64,000 nt of DNA from an uncultured Bacteroidales bacterium (lineage in GTDB: Bacteria; Bacteroidota; Bacteroidia; Bacteroidales; Paludibacteraceae). The notes under the pieces are model-generated. The model did not search any database. It was not told where the DNA came from and was given only the letters and a program-made list of their open reading frames with translations. This document shows positions 19,459 through 29,210 of this stretch, piece by piece (position 1 is the stretch's first letter; the number at the start of each line of letters is the position of its first letter). The stretch is from assembly GCA_944321745.1 (NCBI GenBank), contig CALUML010000001.1, positions 2,576 through 66,575 of the forward strand, read 5' to 3'. The translations under genes were made by a program, and so were the position numbers.

Positions 19459-20361
19459 ATGAAATCGCTCCGTTCGTTCCTTTACCTCCCCGCGTGGTTT
19501 GTCAAGACCCGCGTTTTCGGAAAGAAGATACCGCTGCAGACCGTCCTGTTCGTCTCCGACCAATGCAACCTGCGGTGCAAACACTGCTGCGTCTATGCGC
19601 AAAAAAGCATCACGAAGAAAAGTTATGAACAAATCAAGGAAGAACTGCAATACGCCTACGGCCTAGGGTCGCGCTTCGTGGATTTCGAAGGGGGCGAACC
19701 GACCTTGTGGCGCGACGGCGAACACGACCTGAACAGCCTGATACGCCTGGCCAAGGAAATAGGCTTCTTCTCGACCACGGTGACGACCAATGCGGTGATG
19801 CCATTCCACGGGCTGGAGGCCGACTCCATCTGGGTAAGCATGGACGGTGTCGGCCCGTATCACGACCGGGTGCGGGGCGAAGGGGTATTTGACCGCCTGG
19901 TGCGCAACATCGAGACCTGCGGCCACCCTCACCTGAGCGTGAACATGGTGGTGAGCAAGCTGAATTATGAGTCGCTGGACGATGCCATCGAATTTGCCCG
20001 TACCAACCCGCACATCCGCTCCATCTCCATCAACTTCCTTACACCCTACCCCGGCACGGAAAGCCACCAGTTGGACTGGGACACGCGCCGGGCGTTGATA
20101 GACAAGGTCATCGCGTACAAGAAGCGGGGCTACCCCATCATGAACTCCGTTTCAGGACTGAAACTCATGAAGACCAACCAATTTAAAAAATATTGCTGGA
20201 TATCCAACTTCATCACCGTGGACGGCAAAAACCACCCCGACTGCGGCGGCTCGGAACTAGGCTTGTGCGACCAATGCGGCTTCTGCATGGCGGGCGAGAT
20301 GCACAGCGTGATGACCTTGCGCCCCGATACGATATTGGCAGGACTGAAATTGAGGATGTGA
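19459..20361 (+). CDS. Radical SAM protein with a Cys-rich C-terminal extension
   Basis: CNLRCKHC, GGEP and VSMDG motifs; C-terminal C...C..LCDQCGFC. Confidence 0.88.
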   Translation: MKSLRSFLYLPAWFVKTRVFGKKIPLQTVLFVSDQCNLRCKHCCVYAQKSITKKSYEQIKEELQYAYGLGSRFVDFEGGEPTLWRDGEHDLNSLIRLAKEIGFFSTTVTTNAVMPFHGLEADSIWVSMDGVGPYHDRVRGEGVFDRLVRNIETCGHPHLSVNMVVSKLNYESLDDAIEFARTNPHIRSISINFLTPYPGTESHQLDWDTRRALIDKVIAYKKRGYPIMNSVSGLKLMKTNQFKKYCWISNFITVDGKNHPDCGGSELGLCDQCGFCMAGEMHSVMTLRPDTILAGLKLRM

Positions 20362-20375
20362 CAAGGAGGAAAGAA

Positions 20376-20410
20376 AATAAAAAATGGTCGCCTCACGGCG
20401 ACCATCCTTT
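20376..20410. terminator. Intrinsic terminator hairpin (probably bidirectional)
   Basis: ATGGTCGCC-tcac-GGCGACCAT with an A-tract on the left. Confidence 0.8.
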
Positions 20411-20447
20411 GTTAACCTTAAATCTAATACACTATGAAAAAAATCAC
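20376..20447 (-). ncRNA. Candidate ~70-nt small RNA
   Basis: Minus-strand TTTG-20nt-TACCTTTG promoter, no plausible ORF, ends in a GNRA-capped stem plus U-tract. Confidence 0.65.
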
Positions 20448-20451
20448 GATG

Positions 20452-20483
20452 CAAAGGTACGTTTTGCAGGACAGACGTGCAAA
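20452..20483 (-). promoter_or_regulatory. Canonical Bacteroidota -33/-7 promoter
   Basis: TTTG at 20483-20480, 20-nt spacer, TACCTTTG at 20459-20452. Confidence 0.7.
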
Positions 20484-20544
20484 TATCTTCAGGCTTAAAT
20501 AATAATTATAACATTTTTTTGCACGGGTCATCGTCCTCAACTCC

Positions 20545-21201
20545 CTACTCCGCCACCTCAGCCTCGTCGGGCACTGCTCGGCGGCGGTAGAAGCAGGTGA
20601 GTCCCCTCACCCGGTCATCGAAAGTGAGCACGGACTGCTCGCCGTAGTTTTGGAACACGCACAGCAGCCCGAAGTCGCCAGCGCAGCACAAACCGTGCAG
20701 CCCCAACACCGCCAGGAACGAGTAAAATAGCGGCTGGTTGTAGCATACGGCCATGCCCGCCAACGCCAGCACGGTGATGGTCACAGCAGGAGCCAACGCC
20801 ACGATGCGGAAGCGGCGGTAGTCGAGCACCTCACCATCGGCCTGCACGTAGAACTGGAACTTGCGCGGGTTCGCGCCCCACGACACGTGCCGCGCCCCCA
20901 CATAGCGGTAGGCCAAGGCATGAATGGCCTCATGCAGCACGATACCCACGGTGAACAGAGCCACCGCACCGCCCAGCAGATACAATAAATACAGGTATTC
21001 CCGCTTCGTGTAAAACGGCATGAACGCCTTGAACAGCCCCAGCATGATAACCAGCCAACCTGTCAGTTGGTACATGTTGGCCACCCTCGCCCAGCCTTCG
21101 TTACGCTCCATTTCCCTTTTGACGAAAGGCTTCACCTCGTCATGCTTCACAGCCGCCACCAGTTCGTAATCGGGGCTGCCTGTCAGTTCTTGGATATTCA
21201 T
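20545..21201 (-). CDS. DUF3267-like membrane protein (putative zincin peptidase)
   Basis: LHEAIHA (HExxH), 'VALAP' and 'GDF' motifs with TM helices. Confidence 0.8.
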   Translation of the reverse strand: MNIQELTGSPDYELVAAVKHDEVKPFVKREMERNEGWARVANMYQLTGWLVIMLGLFKAFMPFYTKREYLYLLYLLGGAVALFTVGIVLHEAIHALAYRYVGARHVSWGANPRKFQFYVQADGEVLDYRRFRIVALAPAVTITVLALAGMAVCYNQPLFYSFLAVLGLHGLCCAGDFGLLCVFQNYGEQSVLTFDDRVRGLTCFYRRRAVPDEAEVAE

Positions 21202-21340
21202 TTCAAATTTCAGATTTCAAATTTCAGATTTCAGATTGTTCCCGCAGATTTCGCAGATTGACGCAGATTGTTACTTGCAATTTGTTTACTTGTTTACTTG
21301 TTTACTCGTCTACTTGTTTACTCGTTTACTCGTCTACTCG
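21201..21340. repeat. Composite: TTTCAGA heptamers, CGCAGAT nonamers and TTTACTTG/TCTACTCG octamers
   Basis: Three consecutive periodic tracts at 21201-21237, 21241-21269 and 21281-21340. Confidence 0.85.
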
Positions 21341-21343
21341 TAG

Positions 21344-23299
21344 CTATATCCTATTGATAATCCGTTCGCCCAAGGCTTTGGCCAGTTGCTTTTTCACTTC
21401 GTCCAGCTGCTTTATTTCCTCCATGAGGATGTCGATGCGTGCGTAATCCTTGGCCTCCCCGGCGGCTTTCATCTCCAGCAGTTTCTGCTTGATGTGATCC
21501 AGCACCACGCTGTTCTTCAGTTCCAACACCAGGCGGGGCACCAGTTCCAGCAAGCGTTCCTCGTCGGTCGGCAGGGCGCGGCTGCGCGTGTGCACCCTGC
21601 TCAGCACATACTTGTCGGCAATGAGGTCGGCGGCCAGGCGGCTGATGCGTCCATCGGGGTGGTTCAGGAAATGACGCTCGGCCTGGAAGCCCGCCTCGCC
21701 CAGGTGTTGCCGGCACTCGTCGAGCATCTGGCGGTGGAGCGGGTTCTCCAGCACCAGCCCGTCGCAGTCCAGTTCCTCCACGATGTACTCCGCCACGGTC
21801 TTGTCCCGCTGCGCCTCTTCGTCCTTGAACAGGGGCAAATGGCCGTATTTTATCAAGACCTGAAGTAAGTTGCGCTCCTCCTGCTCGAACCGGCCCGCCG
21901 CCACCTCCTGCAAGGTCGGCAGGGGCGTTTCCGGGGGGACTGGTGCAGGGGCAGACGTGCCTTGCCGATGCTGCTCGGCGAAACGTTTCTCGCGTTCGCG
22001 ACCTTTTATCTTGTTTATTTCATAATATAAAGTCTGTTCGCCCACGTTCAGCAGGTTGCTGCACTCGCGCACGTATTCGGCGCGGATAATCTGGTCGGGG
22101 ATGATGGCGATGCTGCGCACGATGTCCGTCACCAGCCCGGCCCGCTTGATGGGGTCGTTGCCCGCGTCCTCCATCAGCAGCTTGGTCTTGAAACGGATGA
22201 AGTCGGTGGAGTTTTCCTTGATGAAGGCGATGAAGTCCGACGCGTTGTGGCTTTTGGCGAAGGAGTCGGGGTCGTCGCCGTCGGGCAGCAGCAGCACCTG
22301 GATGTTCATCCCCTCCTCCAGCAGCAGGTCGATGCCCCGGATGGAGGCCTTGATGCCCGCCGCGTCACCGTCGTAGAGCACGGTCACGTTGTTGGTGAAA
22401 CGGTGGATGAGGCGTATCTGCCCGCCCGTGAGCGAGGTGCCCGACGAGGCCACCACGTTCTCGATGCCGCACTGGTGCATGGAGATGACGTCCGTGTAAC
22501 CCTCCACCAGGTAGCAGCGGTCCTCGCGCACGATGGCCTGCTTGGCGAAGTAGATGCCGTACAGCTCGTTGCTTTTGTGGTAGATGTCGCTTTCGGGCGA
22601 GTTGACGTACTTGGCCATCTTGTCGCTCTTGCGCAGCACGCGCCCGCCAAAGGCCACCACCTTGCCCGAAAGCGAGTGCACGGGGAACATGACGCGCCCC
22701 CGGAAGCGGTCGTTGAGGCGGCCGTCGTCGTACTCCATCGTGAGGCCGGTCTTGACCAGGTAGTCCTTGTTGTAACCGGCCTTCAGGGCGGCGCGGGTGA
22801 AGGCATCGCGCTGGTCGAGCGAGTAGCCCAGCTGGAATTTCCGGATAATGTCGTCGCGGAAGCCGCGTTCGTGGAAATAACTCATCCCCACGGCCTTGCC
22901 GTCCACGTGCCGCCACAGCGTGTCGGTGAAGTACTTCTGCGCGTACTCGTTCACCAGGAAGAGGCTTTCGCGCTCGTTGCGGGCGGCGACTTCCTCGGGC
23001 GTAAGCTCCTTCTCGTGCACCTCGATGTGGTACTTGCGTGCCAGGAACTTGAGTGCCTCGTAGTAGTTGAGCTGCTCGATCTCCATAATGAAATGCACGG
23101 CGTTGCCCCCCTTGCCGCAGCCGAAGCACTTGAAAATGCCCTTGGCGGGCGACACGTTGAACGAGGGCGTCTTCTCGTTGTGGAACGGGCACAACCCGAT
23201 GAGGTTCACCCCGCGCCGCTTGAGCGTGACGTAGTCACCCACCACGTCCTCGATGCGTGCCGCGTCGTTTATCCGGTCTATCGTAGCCTGGTCTATCAT
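21344..23299 (-). CDS. dnaG: DNA primase
   Basis: CPFHNEKTPSF...CFGC zinc finger, KYVNSPE, VEGYTDV and YDGDAAG motifs; TACTTTTG at 23327-23320. Confidence 0.97.
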   Translation of the reverse strand: MIDQATIDRINDAARIEDVVGDYVTLKRRGVNLIGLCPFHNEKTPSFNVSPAKGIFKCFGCGKGGNAVHFIMEIEQLNYYEALKFLARKYHIEVHEKELTPEEVAARNERESLFLVNEYAQKYFTDTLWRHVDGKAVGMSYFHERGFRDDIIRKFQLGYSLDQRDAFTRAALKAGYNKDYLVKTGLTMEYDDGRLNDRFRGRVMFPVHSLSGKVVAFGGRVLRKSDKMAKYVNSPESDIYHKSNELYGIYFAKQAIVREDRCYLVEGYTDVISMHQCGIENVVASSGTSLTGGQIRLIHRFTNNVTVLYDGDAAGIKASIRGIDLLLEEGMNIQVLLLPDGDDPDSFAKSHNASDFIAFIKENSTDFIRFKTKLLMEDAGNDPIKRAGLVTDIVRSIAIIPDQIIRAEYVRECSNLLNVGEQTLYYEINKIKGREREKRFAEQHRQGTSAPAPVPPETPLPTLQEVAAGRFEQEERNLLQVLIKYGHLPLFKDEEAQRDKTVAEYIVEELDCDGLVLENPLHRQMLDECRQHLGEAGFQAERHFLNHPDGRISRLAADLIADKYVLSRVHTRSRALPTDEERLLELVPRLVLELKNSVVLDHIKQKLLEMKAAGEAKDYARIDILMEEIKQLDEVKKQLAKALGERIINRI

Positions 23300-23470
23300 C
23301 CTTCCTCCCTAAACGGACACAAAAGTACGGAATTTTCTCGTTCCGCGCCGATGCCTTTCCGCTTTCGTGCGCACAAGTTTTCCAAAACGTGAGCAGATGT
23401 TTTTACTGCCCACAAACATTAAGTTTAACATTTATCCCAAATCGTTCATTAGGCTTTATCTGATTTTTGT

Positions 23471-23558
23471 TCTTGTGGCGAGCGGTTTTTGCCGGCTTTT
23501 CTCGAAGGCATAGCGGGCTATGTCGAGAGGAAAGTCGGCAAAAAACGCCGTCACAAGA
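23471..23558. repeat. Long imperfect hairpin (~40-bp arms)
   Basis: tcttgtggcg...ctcgaaggcatagc-gg-gctatgtcgag...cgtcacaaga. Confidence 0.7.
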
Positions 23559-23620
23559 CGGAAAGCAGGCAAAGATATTCACAGAATGGTCTAATGACCG
23601 GTTTGGGATTATTCCACCTG

Positions 23621-24316
23621 CTACCTGATGCTGTCGTTGGGGGCTTTGTAATAGCTGATGATGCTGTCCATGCCGAGTTGGAAAGCATCGTTGTTGACAA
23701 GAAGCAATTCCGCACGCAGCATGTCCGGGGCGGTTTCCAGGTTCTTTTTCACCGTCTTTATCAACCGCTTGCTCTGCCTGCCCATGAACACCGGCCACAT
23801 CACCACCACCGTGTAGTCGACCGGAGAGGACTGGCAGGTCGGCGTTTCCCCGGCAGGGGTCTTCACATGGGGCAGCAAGTCTTGCAAACTTACCAGCGTG
23901 TCGAGCGGCGAGACACTTGCCGGAGGGAAGGAGGAAAAAGCATCGTCATGGTTCCACTTCAAGTTGGGAAAGCCGCCCGCATAGCAATTCACGTGGTAGG
24001 AAACGAGCCGCCCTGACCTATCGAAATACAGGGCTTGCAAGGGCTGCACGTGGTTGTTCACGGCATCCCGATACAGGTTCTGTTCCGCCGAATCACGTCC
24101 GGCAAGGTAATGTTGTATCAGATATTCCGCAAACGTACCATCCAATTCATACCATTCATCGAGGGGCACACCGTAATCACGGGCATAATCCGCCCGCGTC
24201 TCGTCGGACACGGCTTCATAGCGCGTACGCAACCCGTACATTCTCGTCAATACCGCATTGCAACTGGTGAGCAGGCAAGTGAAAACAAGCAGAAACAAAA
24301 ACGGCTTTTTCATCAT
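23621..24316 (-). CDS. Hypothetical lipoprotein
   Basis: Lipobox LLTSC after a basic/hydrophobic N-terminus. Confidence 0.75.
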   Translation of the reverse strand: MMKKPFLFLLVFTCLLTSCNAVLTRMYGLRTRYEAVSDETRADYARDYGVPLDEWYELDGTFAEYLIQHYLAGRDSAEQNLYRDAVNNHVQPLQALYFDRSGRLVSYHVNCYAGGFPNLKWNHDDAFSSFPPASVSPLDTLVSLQDLLPHVKTPAGETPTCQSSPVDYTVVVMWPVFMGRQSKRLIKTVKKNLETAPDMLRAELLLVNNDAFQLGMDSIISYYKAPNDSIR

Positions 24317-24403
24317 AAGGAGAAATAAAACTGGTGTTTTGAACTTGTACCAAAGGAAGGCAAGCTACTTGTCCTCATCGCACTTGTTCAGATAAGTACA
24401 CCG

Positions 24404-24754
24404 TTACTCTACTTCGAACTTCCCCTCCACGGCTTGTCCTTCATATTCCACTTCAAGCATGTATTGTCCATCGTCCAGCATGGTGGCATCAATCACATGC
24501 ATGGAGGTTGCTTGCGTGTCCACCCAGTCGGACACGACCATGCCGAACCGATCCTTTACATTTACTTGGGCAACACCGCCAGGCTGCTTGAAGTCAATGT
24601 ACAACCGTCCATCTTCATAGTCGGCATCAATAGGGATGTCACGATGAGTTGGCGGATCGGAAGTGGGTTCTTTTTCTTTAAGTATAAGCTTTTCTGCCCA
24701 TGCGGGCGATGCTGCCCATGCGAAGCAGACCAAAGAAAAAACAAAATGTTTCAT
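24404..24754 (-). CDS. Small secreted beta-sandwich protein (DUF3244-like)
   Basis: Signal peptide MKHFVFSLVCFAWAASPAWA; Ig/CTD-like tail 'G.Y.LEV.....GKF'. Confidence 0.75.
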   Translation of the reverse strand: MKHFVFSLVCFAWAASPAWAEKLILKEKEPTSDPPTHRDIPIDADYEDGRLYIDFKQPGGVAQVNVKDRFGMVVSDWVDTQATSMHVIDATMLDDGQYMLEVEYEGQAVEGKFEVE

Positions 24755-24948
24755 ATCATATAAAATTAGTTGATTAACTGTCACAAAAATAATAGAACGA
24801 ATATCACAAAGCAAATTTCCAAAGAAAATAAAACTGTACAGTTCATCTCTGAAACAACAGAAACACAGTGCGTTATTCTTTAATTCAAAAACAAAAACTG
24901 TACACCTTGTTCCGTAACGGGAAAAATAGGGGAAATAAGGTTGTTTTG

Positions 24949-26613
24949 TCAAGATCGGTCATCGTGTTCCGCAAACTCTTGCAGTGCTTCATGGGCGAGC
25001 GATTGCAAGAAAGTATCCAGTTTGCGGGCACTACCTAAACCAAATTTTAATGCCAGACGATTGCGAGTGCGTTCCACGCTTCCCGGCTTGCAATCAAGCA
25101 CGGCGCATATATCGCTTTTGCTTACATCAAGTAACAACAGATAGATGTAGAGCAATCTACCAGAGCGCAATTTGTAAGGCATAAGTTTTTTAGTCAATGG
25201 ACCAAAAAGCGAGCACATAAGCCGGGCATATTCACCGGGTTTATCCAAAAAGAGTTGCGCAGTATACAATTTCCTCAATTCTTCGGGTGGTATGGGGCGC
25301 CCTTTGTGTCGCTGTTCAAGCTTTTGGCGGTTCAATTCTAAGTGGTGCAACAAATGGCTTCGCTTCAGTTGTCGTTCCGCCACCATATCCAAACGGGCTA
25401 CTACCTGCTCCCGCTTCGATTCTTCATGCGTTTCCACTTCATGCAATTTAGCTTGATGACGTTTGTGCTGCCAATACCAACCGGCAACACTGGCAACAAG
25501 CACGGCAAACAGCAAAAAAGCAGCTACCATGATACCTTCCCGTCCACGTCGGGCTTCGTCTGTTGCCTCCTGCAAATCCTGCAACGTGGATGGCTGGGGA
25601 ATGCTTTGTGCTATGCTATCGACTTGCTGGTCATATTGCTGGTACATATCCAAATAAACTGGCACCTTATCCCATTCTTTCTTAGTATAAACAATATTGG
25701 TCAACAAGCGGTAAGCATTTTTTTGGACAAGGGCGTTATTTGGATAATCCACCACTAGCTGGCTGGCATAATGGTATGCCGAGTCGTATTGTTCCGTATC
25801 GAAGAAAATATCGGCCAACGTAATCACGTGGAAAGGATAACCGGCCGGCCATATCGGATATTGGAAACTGGCTCGTATGTAATGTCCGGCTGAGTCGTAT
25901 TGCCCCATGTCATGGTAATTCTCGGCCAAACGTCCCAATATGCTGGCAATACGCAAGGAGTCTGTAGCCAACCGCAGAGCACGATGATAATACACGGTTG
26001 CCGAATCGTCCTGATCGGAAAGAAAAAAAGTGTACCCCATGCTACAAATCACAGCAGCCTGGTTGTTGGCATTACCGGTTTGCTTAAAGTGCTGCAAGGC
26101 TATGTCGTATTGCTCGCGGGCAAGATCGTATTTCCCCCGTTTGTTATAAACATCGCCCATTCCATCGTACAGCTTGCCCAGCAAGTCGTGGTCGTCGGTT
26201 GGGGCATAGTGGCAGGCCTCTGCCATGGAGGTTACGGCTTCCTCTTCCCGTTGCTGTTGCTGGCAAGTTCGCGAATAATACAGCAACGAACGGGGCAACA
26301 AAGCATATTGCCCATGCCGTCGGTAATATTCCGCTGAAAAACGAATCAGCTTCTCCGGCTGCAAAGACTTGAACGTTTTGTCCAAGGCAATGAAATACAA
26401 CAAACCGAAGCGGGCTTTTTCCTCGGCAGGCAATTGACGGTAATGCGGCAACACCTCATGCAGCAACACATAGGCTTTTTCCGCTTGACCGCCATGCAAC
26501 AGCACTTCTGCCTGCTCCATCACATGCTTGCCGTGTAAAGCGCATCCGCACAAGCAGACAACAAACAAAGCCAAAATATATCTTTTTGCACCCATTCCGG
26601 CCATATTCAACAT
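24949..26613 (-). CDS. TPR-repeat membrane-anchored regulator with a C-terminal HTH
   Basis: N-terminal signal, TPR repeats, one TM, then 'SKSDICAVLDCKPGSVERTRNRL..K' LuxR-like HTH; TATCTTTG at 26637-26630. Confidence 0.8.
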   Translation of the reverse strand: MLNMAGMGAKRYILALFVVCLCGCALHGKHVMEQAEVLLHGGQAEKAYVLLHEVLPHYRQLPAEEKARFGLLYFIALDKTFKSLQPEKLIRFSAEYYRRHGQYALLPRSLLYYSRTCQQQQREEEAVTSMAEACHYAPTDDHDLLGKLYDGMGDVYNKRGKYDLAREQYDIALQHFKQTGNANNQAAVICSMGYTFFLSDQDDSATVYYHRALRLATDSLRIASILGRLAENYHDMGQYDSAGHYIRASFQYPIWPAGYPFHVITLADIFFDTEQYDSAYHYASQLVVDYPNNALVQKNAYRLLTNIVYTKKEWDKVPVYLDMYQQYDQQVDSIAQSIPQPSTLQDLQEATDEARRGREGIMVAAFLLFAVLVASVAGWYWQHKRHQAKLHEVETHEESKREQVVARLDMVAERQLKRSHLLHHLELNRQKLEQRHKGRPIPPEELRKLYTAQLFLDKPGEYARLMCSLFGPLTKKLMPYKLRSGRLLYIYLLLLDVSKSDICAVLDCKPGSVERTRNRLALKFGLGSARKLDTFLQSLAHEALQEFAEHDDRS

Positions 26614-26716
26614 ATTTTTGTTACGTGAGCAAAGATAATGCAAAAAACAGAAATGAAACAGTACCACCTATGTACACACCCGCCCCCGAACAGTAGAGAC
26701 ATCATTCCCCATAACA

Positions 26717-26751
26717 AAGGCGGCCGCCGGACTTTCTCCAGCGGCCGCCTT
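26717..26751 (-). terminator. Intrinsic terminator after the LRR gene
   Basis: AAGGCGGCCGC...GCGGCCGCCTT hairpin. Confidence 0.7.
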
Positions 26752-26777
26752 GCTCTATCTTAACGGGAAGTGTGCGG

Positions 26778-28793
26778 TTACTTCACCGCCTTGAATGTGT
26801 ATGAAGCACCCTCGCAACTTACCTGGACAAACAGCAGGCCTTCGGCAGGCGCGTCCAGCGACACAATGCCCGAAGCATCGGTCACGGTGCGGAGCAAGCG
26901 ACCCGTGCTGTCGTACAGCCGCACGTCGCACCCCGTGAGCGAACCGAGCTGCAACTCCATGCGGTCACCGTAGCTCAGCAGCACGCAATTGTCGGTAATG
27001 AGGTCGCAAATGCCCGTGCCTTCACCCTTGCCCGTGAAGTGCAGCACGATTTTCTGGTTCAACGCGCCACTCGCGCTGCTGAACGTGCCGGCAGGGATGA
27101 CGAAGCAATACGCCTGCCCGGGCTCGAGGGCAAACGTCTGGTTGAAGGTGTCAAAATCCAGCCCCACGATGCCCACCGTATTGTTACCTTCGTCTGTGGC
27201 CAGCCAATAGCTGTCCGGCTCTATCAGTTCGCCCGTGAGTTCATCGCCCTTGATCAGTTGCGCTTCCGGCTGGGTGGTTACGATGGTAACCGCTTCAGGG
27301 AACGTGATTAGCACCTTTTCGATCTGCTCCAGCTCCGCCCCGTCGGCAGGGTTGAACGAGGTGGGCACGAACACGGCTGCTTCACCCTCTACCATCGAGC
27401 TGAAATAGTCGCCCCAGTCGTAACTGTCCTCATAAGCTTCGAGGCAGCCTTTGGGCACGCTGAGCACGGCTTCACTGCTGATGCCATAGAAGGGGTGGTC
27501 GTAGCCCTCATAATAGTTGAGCACAGGCGGCTCGGTAGCCAGGCAGTGCACGTCCTTCAAGGCCGAGCATTTATTGAACGCATACATGTCAATGTCCGTC
27601 ACGGTGCTGGGGATGGTTACGGAGGTCAACTTTTCACAACCGGCCATCAACCCTTCGCTGATGTAAGTCAGGTTTTCAGGAAGCGCCACGTCGGTCAGCT
27701 GCGTGGCGGCAAGAGCCTGCGCTCCCATATATACCAGCGAGCTGGGGAAGTTGATTTCGGCCAGTTGCGATTCGCAGAACGCAAATTCGTCGAATGCACG
27801 CATGGTTTCGGGCAAGGTCACTTTCTGGATGTCGCAGCCATTGAATGCCCCGCCGCTGATACCCCGGCAACCGTCCTCCACTGTCAGTTCGGTCGTGGCC
27901 GATTTCGGGGGGAATGCGTACAGGAGCACCTTGTCGGCACTATACACTGCCTCGTTGATGACGGCCAGCTTGTCGTTGCCCTCGGCCAACTTGAAGGCCG
28001 ACACCTGGGTCTTGCCAAAAACCGCATTACCGAAACTTTCCACACTTTGGGGAATGGTAACCTCACCCGACAAGGCCGTTTCCAGGAACAGGTAGGTGGG
28101 CAATGACTGCAGGTTGACCGCATCGCTCAAGTTGACTTCAGACAACTTGTGGCATTCGCGGAACACCCCTTCACCCAGCACGCGGATGGCCGGGTTGAGC
28201 ACCACCTTCTGCAATCCCTCGCAGGTTTGGAACACGTTGTTGCCCGTGCTGTCGCACGCTGCCGGGAAGGTAAATTCCGTCAACTGGTCACAACCATAAA
28301 ACGCACCACTCCCAATGGTCTTGATGGTCGAAGGCAGGTTGACCGACTCCAACGACAAGCAGGAAGCAAAACTGCTGATACTCACGTGGTCGAGCCCCTC
28401 GGGCAGCGTAATGGTCTTCAAACTGTCGCAGTAGGCAAAGGCGAAATCACCCAACGTGCGCAGGTTGTTGGACACTACAATTTCCTTCACCGCTTCCGCG
28501 CCGTACATGCCAGCGTAGGCTATCTCGGTAATCGTGTTCGGCATCACCACCTTAGTGGTAGAATCATTGTAATTGAAGGCATCCTCCAGGATGCTCGTTA
28601 CCGTGTACGATTTCCCATCATACGTTACGGTTGCAGGTATGTTGGCTTCCAACACTCCTACATTGCTCAAACCGGCAGTATTTTCACCGGTTACCGTGAA
28701 CTCCATCCCATCTTGTGTAAACACAATAGGATCTTGCCCTTTCGCAACACAAAACGCAGCCGAAGCAAGCGCAAAAAGTAACATTTTCCTCAT
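26778..28793 (-). CDS. BspA-type leucine-rich-repeat surface protein with a T9SS C-terminal domain
   Basis: Repeated 'L..I.LP..L..I...AF..C' units, signal peptide, CTD 'VRLYDSTGRLL...FKAVK'; TATCTTTG at 28835-28828. Confidence 0.9.
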   Translation of the reverse strand: MRKMLLFALASAAFCVAKGQDPIVFTQDGMEFTVTGENTAGLSNVGVLEANIPATVTYDGKSYTVTSILEDAFNYNDSTTKVVMPNTITEIAYAGMYGAEAVKEIVVSNNLRTLGDFAFAYCDSLKTITLPEGLDHVSISSFASCLSLESVNLPSTIKTIGSGAFYGCDQLTEFTFPAACDSTGNNVFQTCEGLQKVVLNPAIRVLGEGVFRECHKLSEVNLSDAVNLQSLPTYLFLETALSGEVTIPQSVESFGNAVFGKTQVSAFKLAEGNDKLAVINEAVYSADKVLLYAFPPKSATTELTVEDGCRGISGGAFNGCDIQKVTLPETMRAFDEFAFCESQLAEINFPSSLVYMGAQALAATQLTDVALPENLTYISEGLMAGCEKLTSVTIPSTVTDIDMYAFNKCSALKDVHCLATEPPVLNYYEGYDHPFYGISSEAVLSVPKGCLEAYEDSYDWGDYFSSMVEGEAAVFVPTSFNPADGAELEQIEKVLITFPEAVTIVTTQPEAQLIKGDELTGELIEPDSYWLATDEGNNTVGIVGLDFDTFNQTFALEPGQAYCFVIPAGTFSSASGALNQKIVLHFTGKGEGTGICDLITDNCVLLSYGDRMELQLGSLTGCDVRLYDSTGRLLRTVTDASGIVSLDAPAEGLLFVQVSCEGASYTFKAVK

Positions 28794-28989
28794 AAATCTT
28801 TTGTTTTTGAAAATTATTTTATTGGCGCAAAGATATTGCATAACATCCGATAAATGCGACCTAAATACTAAGTTTAACATTTATTCCGCACATTTCGTAC
28901 ACGAGTCCGATATAAGAGACACCTCACCTATAGAGGAATCTAAGTTGACGTGGAAAATTGACATTGACAGTGTGCCTGGGTGGAACGAC

Positions 28990-29205
28990 CAAGGCCAACG
29001 GCCTTGCGGCGTTCAGCACAGGGCAACACCCTACAGATAGAGGTAAGAGGTAAGGAGTGAGAGGCGAGAGGCGAGCAGTTCTCCATGCAGATTCCTTTCA
29101 ACCTGTGTTATCCGCATGCAAAAATTTCCGCGCCCATTCGCACGATTTGCGTTCATTCGCGTTCCCCAAATTTGAAATCTGAAATCTGAAATCTGGAATC
29201 TGAAT
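28990..29205. repeat. Composite: 46-bp-family REP (28990-29034), GAGGTAA heptamers, ATTCGC nonamers and TCTGAAA heptamers
   Basis: Read directly from the sequence. Confidence 0.85.
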
Positions 29206-29210
29206 CCCCC

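Noticed and set aside
28880-28989. Possible decayed IS200/RAYT transposase tail next to a REP (..EESKL..IDID..WND)
   Set aside because: The resemblance is too weak; no HUH or catalytic Tyr motif is visible.
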